Shown in pieces: positions 39,030-50,729 of a stretch of DNA of 64,000 nt. The notes below the pieces were generated by a model, which was given only the letters and a program-made list of their open reading frames with translations, made no database searches and was not told the DNA's origin. The position numbers and the translations under genes were made by a program. Position 1 is the first letter of the stretch. Each line of letters starts with the position of its first letter. Origin of the DNA: Rhina ancylostomus (taxonomy: Eukaryota); assembly GCA_030265395.1 (NCBI GenBank), contig JARFYF010000063.1, forward strand, positions 43,443,214 to 43,507,213, written 5' to 3'.

Positions 39030-39920
39030 CCTCAGATTTTGTGATGTTGAGCTGGGAAGTTGAAGCAATCCTCCAGGAATTTGAGTTTATTATGCAGGAT
39101 GAAAATTTAGTGCAGTACTAAGGGAGTCTTGCACTGTTGGAGGTACAGGTATTCCTAGATTTACAAATGTTTACTTTATGAAGTTTCACGACAATGACAT
39201 TAACTCTCTGGGGCATGTGACTGTGATTTATAGATTTATTTTTCGCAATAATGAATAGTGCGATACTCTTCTCGGAGAAACAAACTACACAGAAAGACCC
39301 ATAAGGCATTTTGCCCAGACATTTTGATTTATGAAATTTTTCTTTATAAGAAGTTTTCCAGGAACACACTTGTGTAATTTGAGGAATGGCTGTGCTATCT
39401 TTTGCAATGAGGTCAGATCTCCTGTTCCAATGGATGTAAAAATATGCAGTATTTTCCAAAGTGCAGATAGCTTCCCTGGTGGCCTGGGCCAAGCCAAATT
39501 CAAATAACATCACCTAAAACGATGAACAGATAATTGGACCACATCTCTCTTCAGCTTGTGTGACCCGGCCATGAGCATTCTAGTTCTTACTTTGCCCTAC
39601 ATAACAACTTCAATACTTTACCCTCTTTGGGATGACCATCATGAAAGTCTTTAAACAAATCATTTCTTATCCTTTAGGCTGACACTCCAGGGCCATGGAA
39701 ATAATTCGTACATTATAAAACTCCTTTTCATACTGAGAGTGCTGCATCATTGGAAGTACTGTTTTTGGAGAAAGACACTAAATTAAGCTTTAGCCTTTTG
39801 ACTTCACCTTGTGGGATCTTGTTGCTAAGAGACCAACTTCAATGTTTGTTTGAACAACACTTCAAAGTGCTTGATTGCTTGTGAGGTACTCTGGCCTGTC
39901 CAATAAGCTCCTTTTTAGTG
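39030..39920 (+). mobile_element. Two ancient Deu-domain SINE-like fragments (SacSINE1-like), the first interrupted at about 39160-39410
   Basis: GTGCAGTACTAAGGGAGTCTTGCACTGTTGGAGGT and TACTGAGAGTGCTGCATCATTGGAAGT match each other and the DeuSINE pattern as recalled; a related core lies at 46265-46360. Confidence 0.55.
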
Positions 39921-40357
39921 GAAGCAGACTTTTGAAGCCAGGAGGAAGATCATACAGTTGGTTTATTTAGGGAAGGATAAGATTTTTGATGAAGGAGTGG
40001 AAATCCAAACATAACAAGGGTATGTAGGACATGAAGAGGGTGTGGGCATAGCCTGCAGCTGTCTTGATAGTTTGTAGCTTAAGGGAGGAAATAGGAGGTG
40101 CCCTCTCAGAGATAAGGAAACCTACAGCTGTACAAATATACCACGAATTAAACAATTCTTATTTGCATCCAAGTTGTTATAATTAAAGCACTACCTCATT
40201 ATTCCTCTTTTGCACTATTNNNNNNNNNNNNNNNNNNNNNNNNNNNNNNNNNNNNNNNNNNNNNNNNNNNNNNNNNNNNNNNNNNNNNNNNNNNNNNNNN
40301 NNNNNNNNNNNNNNNNNNNGTTATATTAATGTGAAACACAAATACACATCTGCTTAA

Positions 40358-40377
40358 CACACACACACACACACACG
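40358..40377. repeat. (AC)n microsatellite
   Basis: AC run of about 10 units. Confidence 0.85.
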
Positions 40378-40459
40378 CATGCATACATTGCTTGATGGTT
40401 CAATACTTCCTTTAAATAAGAGGTCGGCTGATCACATGGTTTCATGCTGTTGAGATCTG

Positions 40460-41100
40460 GAATCCTTTAGACACTGGTATGTTGAGAGAGCAATTAGTAA
40501 AGGATACAGGATCCTGGGATTCATCAACAGAAGCATACGGTACAAATGCAAGGAAGTTATGTTGAACCTGTATAACAGTTTGGCCAGGCCACATTGGACC
40601 GTTGCATCTTATTCTGGTTACCACACGTTAAAGAGGTCCTGGGAAGGCTGACGGAAAGGTTTACTCAGGGACAGTTCCAGGGTAGGTGGATTACAACTGT
40701 AAGCTTCGACAGTGGAAGACGAGGTTGTTCTCCTTGAAGTGAAGACTGAGAGGAGATTTGATGTAGGTGTACAAGATCCTGACAGGTTTAGATAGGGTAA
40801 ATAGAAGGAAGCTGCTCCAACTAAGAATGGCTCAAGGGATCAGGAGACACAGATTTAAAGTCTGGCCAAAGGGGCAAGGGATACAAGAGGAAAAGCCAGT
40901 ATGTACAGAGAATAATAATGATCAGGGACTCACTGCCTTGGTCAACTTGGAAAAGAGTCATCCAGGGCTTTCAAGATGGAAATGCATGGGAACTTGAGGC
41001 AAAGTAATTTGCAGGGAAGGTACAGGGTAATGGGGTTGATGAGGTTGCTATACTAGGAGTCAGTCTATAGTTGAGGGGCCTAACGTCCTCCTTCACTGGC
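40460..41100 (+). mobile_element. CR1-clade LINE 3' fragment, decayed
   Basis: GILGFINRSIRYKCKEVMLNLY..RLRGDLM*VYKILTGLDRVN. Confidence 0.75.
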
Positions 41101-42301
41101 ACAGTAATTCAGCAATTCCGTAAGAAGGCAGGGCTCAGTGGGTGTTGGTTCTTAGGAAAAGCTATGAAATTCTCCATAAATGTGAATGGAACCCATGTCT
41201 TGCACTCAAAAATTCCTGTTATATCCCTGCCCTTTGACAAGAATTCAGTGATCAGAGATGACCATGGAGTGGGTTGATTATTTTTTTTATTCTGTTGCTC
41301 AGTTTCAGCTGCTTTTAAATGTCATCTTAATTCTTGCATAAAGTACACCACATTTTAATATTCCTCAAGAGATCACAATCCTGAAATTCTTTCCAGCAGT
41401 AAATTCTCTGGTGAGCAAAAGCAGATCGGCATTTCTACAAGTTCTGCTCACTATTCCGACAGGACTGAAGATGTGAAGGGATCTGCAAACGTTTCCATAT
41501 AATTTAAAATAATAAACAATCTTATCATAAGCATAACATTGGAAGATGGGCTGCAAAATGCACAGCTAGATTATGAATGGATAGCCCCACAGGACATGCT
41601 CAATTATTTCATATCAAAACATTCTGGGCCATGTGGAAGGGGACTCTCGCCCACTCTTCCATCTTTCAGTTCATTGCTTATAAATGGAAACAAAATATGA
41701 AATCAGTCCGCTCATTATTGTTACTTTGGGCATGAATACAAGTTCCTGCTTTCCAAAGAGATGAATACACTGATGAGGGGACAACTAGACAATCCACTCT
41801 TCATTACATTCTTCTTCATTCTCTGAACATATGCTGCCTCAATCGGTGTCATATTTCCTTCCCCTCTCTTTGCAATACTTAAGTGTCAAGTGCAGCTATT
41901 ACATAACTTCTACAAATGTTTCCGAGATCCAAGCACACGTAACAGTTCCTCAGTGGGCAAAAGCCAATTACTTTGGACACTGGAAACAAGGAAGTTTTTT
42001 TCAGGTTTCTGGTATCAGCATGATTTTCATTTCAGATTATTTATTTACAATAAATTCATGGAGGGGAGATGGAGGGGAAGATTGGGCACATAACATAACA
42101 GTCTATTTCAAAGCAAACCAGTTCAATTTACTCAAAAAATGAATCACCTTAAAGAGCAGAAGAAACAGAATCTACAGCAACTTCTCCCAATAAAAGCAGG
42201 GTAATTGTTTTCAGCAAATGTAGTGAGTGGAGGATAGCTACATGTAAGTGTATAAACTTAATACTAGTCACTTACAACAGCTTAACTGACAGGGAAAAAA
42301 A

Positions 42302-42530
42302 TCAAACAAACTGCAGATGCTGGAAATCTGAAACAAAAGAGAAAATGCTGGAAATACTCAGCAGGTCAGACTGCACATGTGGAAAGGGAGAGATAATTAA
42401 CTTTTCAGGTCGGAGACCCTTCATCAGTTCTGTTCTGACCTGAAAGGTTAACTCTGTTTCTCTTCCCACAGATGCAGCCTGACATGCTGAGTATTTCTGG
42501 CATTTTCTGTATTTATTGTTAATTTTCAGG
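42302..42530. mobile_element. Palindromic (fold-back) element made of two inverted PLE-type termini
   Basis: 72-nt arms 42340-42411 and 42437-42508, 59/72 identical by manual ungapped comparison, 25-nt loop; hammerhead-like core on the minus strand at 42399-42427. Confidence 0.8.
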
Positions 42531-43280
42531 GACTTACTCAATCATCCATCTTCTAGTTGGCCAGAGTGATTCATTGATGTGCTTCTAGAAGTCAGGTGTG
42601 GGGACCGATTCCATTTACATTGCATTTACTTTGTCAGGTATCATCACTTTTTTCTCATTTCGAGCAGAGACGTGACAATTGATTCACTGCTCATTACATT
42701 AATGGGTATCATCCTCCTTAAGATAATTGGAGTATTCCATGTATGTTGAACATGTCCAGTGTTGTCCTGTTTTGTCACGTGCTCATTGGCATTTGATTTC
42801 TGCACTGAGGGTCACTCATTGCACATCAATCAATAAGCAGAACTCCATGGAAAAGAAACAATTACAAGTTACATGAAGGAAGGAATTAGGATAATGTAAA
42901 GGCCCCTTGGCTTGTCTTACTAAGGAAATCTCACCTTCATCCTGGATAATTCTGAAATGAATTATTACTGCCTATATTTACCCTGGTTCACCAGATAATT
43001 CAGCTTCTCTATGACTTTCGGCTCACTGCTGATGCTAACAATTATATTGTGTTGGCTGCCTTCCAGCTGAGTCCCTGATCTTGAATGGTTCGCTCTGCAA
43101 CTAACTCGTACAGCCTTGGAGAATTCTTTGCTGCTTTTACACTTCAGACCTTTCTTATCTCAGTCTAACCTCTGCAAGTTCTGGGATTGTATTTCAGGTT
43201 CACATTACCCCTCAAGGATTTTTTTTCTGCACCCTCTACCTCAACGTCAGTTTGAAGCACACCTTGCCAAAGGAAAATCA

Positions 43281-43484
43281 AAAAACTGCAGGTGCTGGGA
43301 ATTTGAAATACAATACCAAAAACACAGCACAGGTTGAATTGGCATAAAACCGAAAAACATTAGAAACACACAACGGGGCAGGCAGGATCTGCGTAGAGAA
43401 AGAGAGTTATCAATTCACGTTGAAGACCCTGATCTACCGAGTGTTTCCAGCATTTTCTGTTTTTATGCCAATTCAATCTGTGCT
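43281..43484. mobile_element. Second palindromic PLE-terminus element
   Basis: Inverted arms 43326-43369 and 43441-43484; another terminus fragment at 43281-43316. Confidence 0.65.
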
Positions 43485-43697
43485 TGTGCAGACTTACTGA
43501 GAAGAAACACCAACTGTTGTCCTCTGGAATTTTCCTATTTCTGTTAATTTGTAACAAAGTCTCTTGTAACCGGAGAATCTTGTTTTGCCTTATTACTTTT
43601 GAATGGAAAGCTTTTTAACCAATCCTTAAAACATGGTCTTGATGAGATTAAATAAGATTGGTCAAGGAGAACGAAGTTGGTTGTTGACCCATTAGCA

Positions 43698-44008
43698 GGC
43701 ACGGTAGAGTAGTGGTTAGTGTAACGCTTTACAGTGCTAGCGACCCGGGTTCAATTCCCACCGCTGTCTGTAAGGAATTTGTATGTTCTCCCCGTGTCTG
43801 CATGGGTTTCCTCCGCGTGCTCTGGTTTCCTCACACATTCCAAAGACATACGGGTTAGGAGCTGTGGGCATGCTATGTTGGCGCCGGAAGAGTGGCGACA
43901 CTTGCGAGCTGCCCCCAGCACATTCTCAGTAATGCAAAAAGACGCATTTCACTGTGCGTTTCGATGCACATGTGACTGATAAATAAATATCTAATATCTG
44001 AACTATCT
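43698..44008 (+). mobile_element. CpG-rich, relatively young tRNA-derived V-SINE-like element with a non-CR1 tail
   Basis: GGCACGGTAGAGTAGTGGTTAG A box, GGGTTCAATTCC B box, same core as 806-1132, different 3' end TTTCACTGTGCGTTTCGATGCACATGTGACTGATAAATAAAT. Confidence 0.8.
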
Positions 44009-44009
44009 A

Positions 44010-44405
44010 ATGTTTCGGGTCAACGATATTCTATCAGAACTGAATACTCTGATGAAAGGTCATTGACCTGAAATGTCAACTCTGTTTCTCTCTCTACAGA
44101 TGCTGCCTGATCTACTGAATATATCCAATATTTTCTTTTCCCTCCTTGCAAAGCTCTTGTTATTCTCTGGCCCATCCACCCACTTTCAGTCAACACCGTG
44201 TCCCCCAGTCTCTCCTGCTCTTCATCTTAACAATGACCTTCCCCTTTCTCCTCTCCACCCCTCTCCCTCTGCAACATGTTTAATTCCTAACCTTTCCTAG
44301 TTCTGATCAAAGGTCATCAACCTGAAAAGCTGACTCTTTCTCCCCCCACAAATGTTGCCTGACCTGTTGAGTATTCCCCGCATTTTCTGCTTTCATTTCA
44401 TATTA
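44010..44405 (+). mobile_element. PLE-derived tandem unit with two direct hammerhead-like termini 254 nt apart, preceded by an inverted stub
   Basis: CTGATGAAAGGTCATTGACCTGAAATGTC at 44049 and CTGATCAAAGGTCATCAACCTGAAAAGCT at 44303, each followed by the same ~75-nt arm. Confidence 0.7.
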
Positions 44406-44746
44406 GCCAAGAAATAATGTTGGATTTTCAATGTAAAACTGAGCCTCTGGCAGAAACACAAGAGAATCATATCAGATCAGCTGTCAAATGTATGTAGCCC
44501 CTCATATTTAATTCTACTGCTGTCAATGGAAATAAACGCTCTATACAAGGCATGACCAATCCAAAACTGCCAGAGCTGAATTTCTGGTCTTGAAACGTTG
44601 TGCTAACACCGATTGACAATGGACTCCAATGATTGCATCTGGGAGAAGGAAATTGCCAGCTTCTCATTCTTTCATCTAAAAACAAATTTGATTAGTTGTA
44701 CATTCCATATCCACACACAAACGATACTTCTTCAAAACAAACTTAC

Positions 44747-44828
44747 CATGTATATTGAGATGGAAATTCTTATCCATTTGCCCAGCAATGTTTGTGGCCT
44801 TACAGACATACTGGCCTGTGTCTGAAAC
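44747..44828 (-). CDS. HMCN1: HMCN1 exon (82 nt, phase 0-1)
   Basis: VSDTGQYVCKATNIAGQMDKNFHLNIH; ag/gtaag. Confidence 0.93.
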
Positions 44829-46713
44829 CTAAGTGAATAAAGAAAGGCAAACATTTTCAAAAGAAAAATTGAAATTAATTTAGTTTTATGAGAATTAATA
44901 ATCTACATAAATTATGATCAAAAAGGGTCATGTGGGTGTTCAAATGGGTAACCAATTTAATTCTACACAATACAAATTTAATTATAAATTATGGAACACG
45001 TAAAGACATCCCTTCAGGTTGGCTTTCCAACTGCACTGTTACTCCAGTAATATAAATTTAATGTTTTGAAGATTTATCTCCATATATCTAGTAAGTCTAA
45101 AAGAACAAATTGAACTATACCTTTTTTTAAATGGGTGCAACTGAGAATGTGTTGAAATGTTTCAAAGTGCAAATTACTTGGAGTTAAAGGATCTAATTAG
45201 TGAAAAGAAAATTTAGAATTGCTGTCAGAAACTTCTGCACACATAAGTTGGTCTACAGATAAAGTTCTAGATTTGACGTGCCGAATCCCTGCCTTGAGGG
45301 ACAGCTGATTTACTGATTGTGTCTGCTTTCATTTGAATGTCTTGCAAAATTCACAAATCGAATTGACCCTTTTTCAATAATTGCTTTCAACGTATTTCAA
45401 ATTTTCTCCCAGCCTGGTTTCTTTGACTTACAAAAATACACGACAGTTTTCCATGATTGCCAAGTGCAAATATCAAAAACAAAATCCCAATCATCAACAA
45501 ATCAGGTGCTGAAAATTCCTTCCAATGAAACCCAAGAGAATGTCTGATCCCTTTTGTCACTGATGAAATGCTAATGAAATTGCAGGAAAACATGTTTAAA
45601 TATGCAACTTTTTTGCAAATCTAGCTTCAGTAGTGGCTTTTTTAAACTTTTTAATTACAGAGAGAACTTTACTCTGAGAAAGAAGGAACTTACACAATGG
45701 TGGTTTATTTTAGAAGCTGATCCTTAAGTGAAACCAAAATAACACTTTAAAATAGTTGTATCTATATCACTCTGCAATTATTGATCATGAATAGGAAGAG
45801 GGTAAGTGGGCCTGGAACCTCTAATTGAAGAGATGATAGAGAATAACTACCAATGGATGCAGAACAATTTAACAGTATATCCTATTTTCCATTAAATTTC
45901 CTTTTCAAGGACTGATTGCAAATTAACAATGAAAAAGAAACTATTCATTAATTAAGGTATTATTCGACAACCTCAGCCTATTTTCTGATTGGAATCATCT
46001 ATGCAATCGAGAATTGAATAAAAGAATATATATTTTTTAAGCAAAGCAATCTTCCAGTCACTTCAATGGTAAAGGTAGTATCTAGGACATAGGCAGACAT
46101 TCCACACTGACCCAGCAGGAGCATTAATGTATGAGACAGAAATTTGGTCAAGTGCTGGATATTCATTTTTGGAAGCAGTTGGGTATTGTTTTTCATCTTT
46201 TAAATGTGTCTATATTTCTACCTTGTGTGTTTTGAATGACACATTAAACAGAGGTTAGCAAACAGGAAAGTTCCCTTTGCATCCTGGCCAACATTTACCC
46301 CTCAATCAACAACTATTGAATTAAATTAGCTGATTGTTTGCCCCACTGCTGCTGCTGATGGCTTCCTGAAGATTAATTAGTTCAGGTCCCATCATGGATG
46401 AATAACATGGGTCTATCATAGGAATGGTGCAAATGGGTGCTTGCTGGACTTGGTGGGCTGAAGGGCCTGTGTCAGTGTTATATGACTTGATGATTTTCTG
46501 TCTCTATTGGTTTTGTGCAGCCAAGGGTTTGCATTCAGATTCTATTTGAAAATTTTTATATTAATCCAGTAGTCTTCCATCAAAAATGAGACGCTATCCA
46601 CCCAAAATCATGGGTCTAAATGATGGTGGGATGTGATGTTGTCACAAAAAGAGAGTTCATACTGTGAGACCTAGAAGTGCATTCTGCTCGTGTCTGACTT
46701 TGAAAAACCTTAC

Positions 46714-46916
46714 CTCAGCATTTGTGATCTCCAGAGTTTGGCCATTGGCCAGAGTTCGAATATTGCTGGACTCAACGACTGGGCGGCCGTTCTTAAACCA
46801 GGTAATGATGGGTGGTGGTACTGCATTTGATTCACACTCCAGAATGGCTGTATTCCCAGTACGGACACTGACTGAGTGAGGGGAATCCCCTGCGCCATCC
46901 TTAATAGTTGGTGGAA
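46714..46916 (-). CDS. HMCN1: HMCN1 exon (203 nt, phase 1-0)
   Basis: VPPTIKDGAGDSPHSVSVRTGNTAILECESNAVPPPIITWFKNGRPVVESSNIRTLANGQTLEITNAE; ag/gtaag. Confidence 0.95.
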
Positions 46917-47217
46917 CTAAAAGAAAAGTGAAAGTTTGAAGACAGTTGAATGTGACATTAACTGCAATGCACCTCAGAAGGAAGTGGATGGTGATAATTT
47001 CCAGACAGGCTTTCAATCATATCACTGCCTAAAACAGATTCACACATGCTGCTTGCAGGCTACTTCATCGGACCTCCAAGAGCAAAGTGGAAATAGCAAC
47101 GTCCTGTCTTTTTCTACTGAGAACCATACTACGAGATACCAGCAGTGGTAGATGCTGTAAGGCTTTATTTCCAATAGCCTGCATGGCGAAAGGGAATACA
47201 ACAATTTCTATTCACAT

Positions 47218-47292
47218 TGCAAAAAGCAAACTGCTGGAGGAACTGATGCAGGGTCTTGACCTGAAACGTCGACAATTCCCCCCTCCCCCTAT
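47218..47292 (+). mobile_element. Collapsed PLE-type terminus with hammerhead-like motif
   Basis: CTGATGCAGGGTCTTGACCTGAAACGTC at 47243-47270. Confidence 0.6.
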
Positions 47293-47405
47293 CCCATAAT
47301 CTATTACTTATATCGATACATATCAAATAAGAGACTATGCAACTGAAACCATGCCCGGCATGCAGTGTGTAGTTTGGGATTTCAAAACCGAAATACTTTG
47401 CAAAG

Positions 47406-47441
47406 GTTTACTAGGTTGTTTACTAGGTTGTTTCCTAGGTT
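47406..47441. repeat. 12-bp tandem repeat x3 inside a decayed CR1 fragment (about 47360-47625)
   Basis: GTTTACTAGGTT GTTTACTAGGTT GTTTCCTAGGTT. Confidence 0.85.
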
Positions 47442-50400
47442 CAAACATTGTCCTCTGAAGACAGATTGAGTAGGTTGGGCCTTCACCCTTTGCACACTAC
47501 AAGAATGAGAAGAGATCTCATTTAAAAATATGAGGTTCTGAAAGACTGATACAATAGACTGGAGAATCTAAAACCTGGACCAGTGGATTAGCCATGTATT
47601 ACAGAGGTGGCAAGAAATTTCTTTGAAGAGTTTTGTTTCCCAGTTGCTGCATTCTCATTAAACATGACAATTCAGAATCTTGAAAATATATGAATATGCT
47701 GATAGATGAGATGGCATATGTTAATTTCCCCACTAGGATGGCCTACAGCAGGTAGACCAGATGGAACTAATGGGCTTTTTAAAATACTTTACAATCTGCA
47801 GGAATATTTATACAGTTCTCAGTTCAGAAATGTGTGTTAAATAAAGATTGTCCATGGTGCAATATTTTAAACCAAACCATATTCCAGGTTCACAGAGAAG
47901 GAATAAGCATGAAAACAAAGAGTTGGTCCATATACAGACAATGTCTCAAAATGCATTTCTCTAAATGTTCTATCAGTGTGCAGATGATAGAATTACAACC
48001 GCTTACCTTAACAACACCTCTGATAATTAACAACTTTTATTATTTGGAATGTGTATTTCCAAATTAATGGTGTTTATTTAACTTGGGGCAGGCCTCCTGA
48101 CAGGAGTTGGAATTGAGCCAGTCGCATGCAGATTGTCAACAGTTTGTAAAAAGAGCAAATCTAACTACACTTCATTATTTTGGCTCCAGAGCCAGATGGA
48201 TTATATTCTATTACTGGCTGATATTAAAACCATAAGGTGTTATTTCTGCTTTCCAAACCAGACTTGTGGAATAGTTGTCATTATAATGCTTGGGTGGGCC
48301 ATAAAGTAAAATGAAATTCTATTTAAAAATGTTGATATTCCAGTGACTCAGTGACAAATTGTCAGCAGCAAAATACACATCTAAAGTCACCAAAATTCCA
48401 TTCTTGATAAGAAGCCACAATGAAGCAACTAATTTAATGTATTATTTATGTAGATACTTTTACAATTAAGAGAATATATATGTACTTATCAAAACTTGAC
48501 TAAAAATGATCAAAAATTTGATGATTATTTGCAAGACTGAAAGATCATTGAAACTAATTGCTGGCCAAACTGATAGATTTTTATTTGCAACAGTTATCAT
48601 TTAGGCTTCAGTCTTCCTAGTTATAGCAGATAATTGGAAGTTTGAGTGGATTAAAATGAAACTGTATGTTACTAATTCAAAATCAATTAACCAAACTTAA
48701 TATGAAAAATAGGTTCAACAAAGTTTAGTTGAGTTTGAGTCCACTGGTGCATAATACCATGGTTGTAATCAGTGACAGAGGAAATTAGGCAAATCAAAAC
48801 TGATGGTTAGGTTGGATTGTTGAGTTTCAAGGTTAGTGGGATAAAAGAAAGATGAAAGGAAACAGGTTTTAAACAGGTCCATTATAATAGATAAACTTCC
48901 TGCTGAATTTTGTAGTTTCAAGTCTAGTCGACAAATTCAAATGTCTTGATTACTATTATCCATCTGCATAGCAAAAGCAGAATAAGTTTGCTTACAACTT
49001 TTGGCATACTATGAATGGGAACATTGTTTCTCAGAAATAACACATATTTTACAGTGATATTTTGCATTAGCAATTGCAAGGCAACAAAATATTAGCACGT
49101 CAGATAAAAGTAATTTACTTACAAAAAACTTAAAGCTACTAATAATGCATGAAGTGAAACTTTTGCCAGTTAGACAAACGATGAGCTAGTTTGGATTGGC
49201 TGTCCTTTATACATGGCTTGTAATAAAGACCGATGGGAACACAGCTTTTACTTTTAAAGGAATTTAACTCAAGATATTAATATCCATGTTCGCTCTTTAT
49301 GACAATGCTTTTCAAAGTGGGACTGCCATCAGCCACTCTAATAGTAACGTAATCCCCAACTAATTTTTCAAAACTGGAGTTCTTTACATATCCACGACGG
49401 GAACACTGCAACAGGAGTTTGTCCTCTGAACGTGTTCCACCCATCACTTTTATCTTCACTGAACTGCGCCTCAGTTCTATTTACCAGCTTGTGCTACCCA
49501 GGGATGTCAGAAATCTTACCAAATTAACATCTATTGGAGTCAATATTGTTCAATTAACTTGGCATCTGGTCTTCTGGGAAAGGGAGTTTCAGATTCCATT
49601 CCAAAATGGTCGAGCTGTAAAAGGTCCAAGCTGTAATGTTCCCTTGATCAGAACTCTCCCGAAGAGGTAAGAGTTGAAAAGTTGTTACATGCAAAAGAAT
49701 AGAATGCAGCTTCATCTTCAATACTTATCCTTTTATCAGATTTCCAGAACTTGTTTTCAGCCAGTGTTCAGCAATCCAGGAATAATCACATGAAACTTAT
49801 TGAGATTCACAGACTCAATGCTCTAACTGGGATGGTTGGCTGAAAATCAGCTGGGCTTGTAGCACTACACCTCCACCCATTTCCATCTTTATAATAATTA
49901 TCTGCTATTGTGTATCTGGATGCCAGAAACATATTCCACCCATCCATTAGACATAACTGCAGGTACAACCTTCTGCAGGTGTTACGGACTAGGACTATTA
50001 GTGAGTGTCCCTTTTAGATAGTGTGTGTGTGANNNNNNNNNNNNNNNNNNNNNNNNNNNNNNNNNNNNNNNNNNNNNNNNNNNNNNNNNNNNNNNNNNNN
50101 NNNNNNNNNNNNNNNNNNNNNNNNNNNNNNNNTAAGTAGTTATTAATAAAGTAGTTTTTAACACTTATACATGTCTCAGTGTGTTTCTTTTGTTGCTGGT
50201 ATGTAACACAGGCAAGAGTAATGTCTTGGGGCAAAACTCATAGCTGGTTTCAGGAAGAACTTGGGGAAATTCCTTCTGACTCTCAAAAACAATTGAGCAA
50301 GTCCCACAAACAGTGAATTACACAGACATCACAACCCTAGTGTCACAGACACTGGATATCAATTTATTTTGTTTGCCAAAGATGCATCTGTCATCCCATC

Positions 50401-50729
50401 ATTCTGTGATTCAGGTTAGCTAATCCTTTGAGGATATTAAATATGTCAGTAAAGTCATCTTAGTGGAAACACCACCTCTTTCCAATGTAAACGTTTGTGC
50501 CAGAACAAATTTCCTTTCCTCATAGCTTGGGTGCCCAATTCCATTTATAAATTTATCAAACCATCTGAAAGATACACAACATTTGAAGTATTTTGCATAC
50601 AATTTGAAACTACACAACACAAGCATGTTGGGATTCCCTTTGTTTAAACTGAAACTATTGAAACAAATTTATTGACTTTTCAATTGATTTACAGAAAATT
50701 ACAGCCATTCATCTTTTCATCTACAAGCT

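Noticed and set aside
38963-39030. Possible cryptic minus-strand exon ending at a strong GTGAGT donor
   Set aside because: Weak acceptor, no Ig-like content, and the flanking true exons (44747 and 38000) already join in frame
42300-47300. CRISPR-like array interpretation of the recurrent ~30-nt hairpin motif
   Set aside because: Copies are dispersed, irregularly spaced, in both orientations and embedded in retroelement termini; there are no cas genes and the context is a eukaryotic intron
49277-49459. 60-aa minus-strand ORF that looks protein-like
   Set aside because: No recognisable domain, no convincing splice sites, and not needed for the HMCN1 frame
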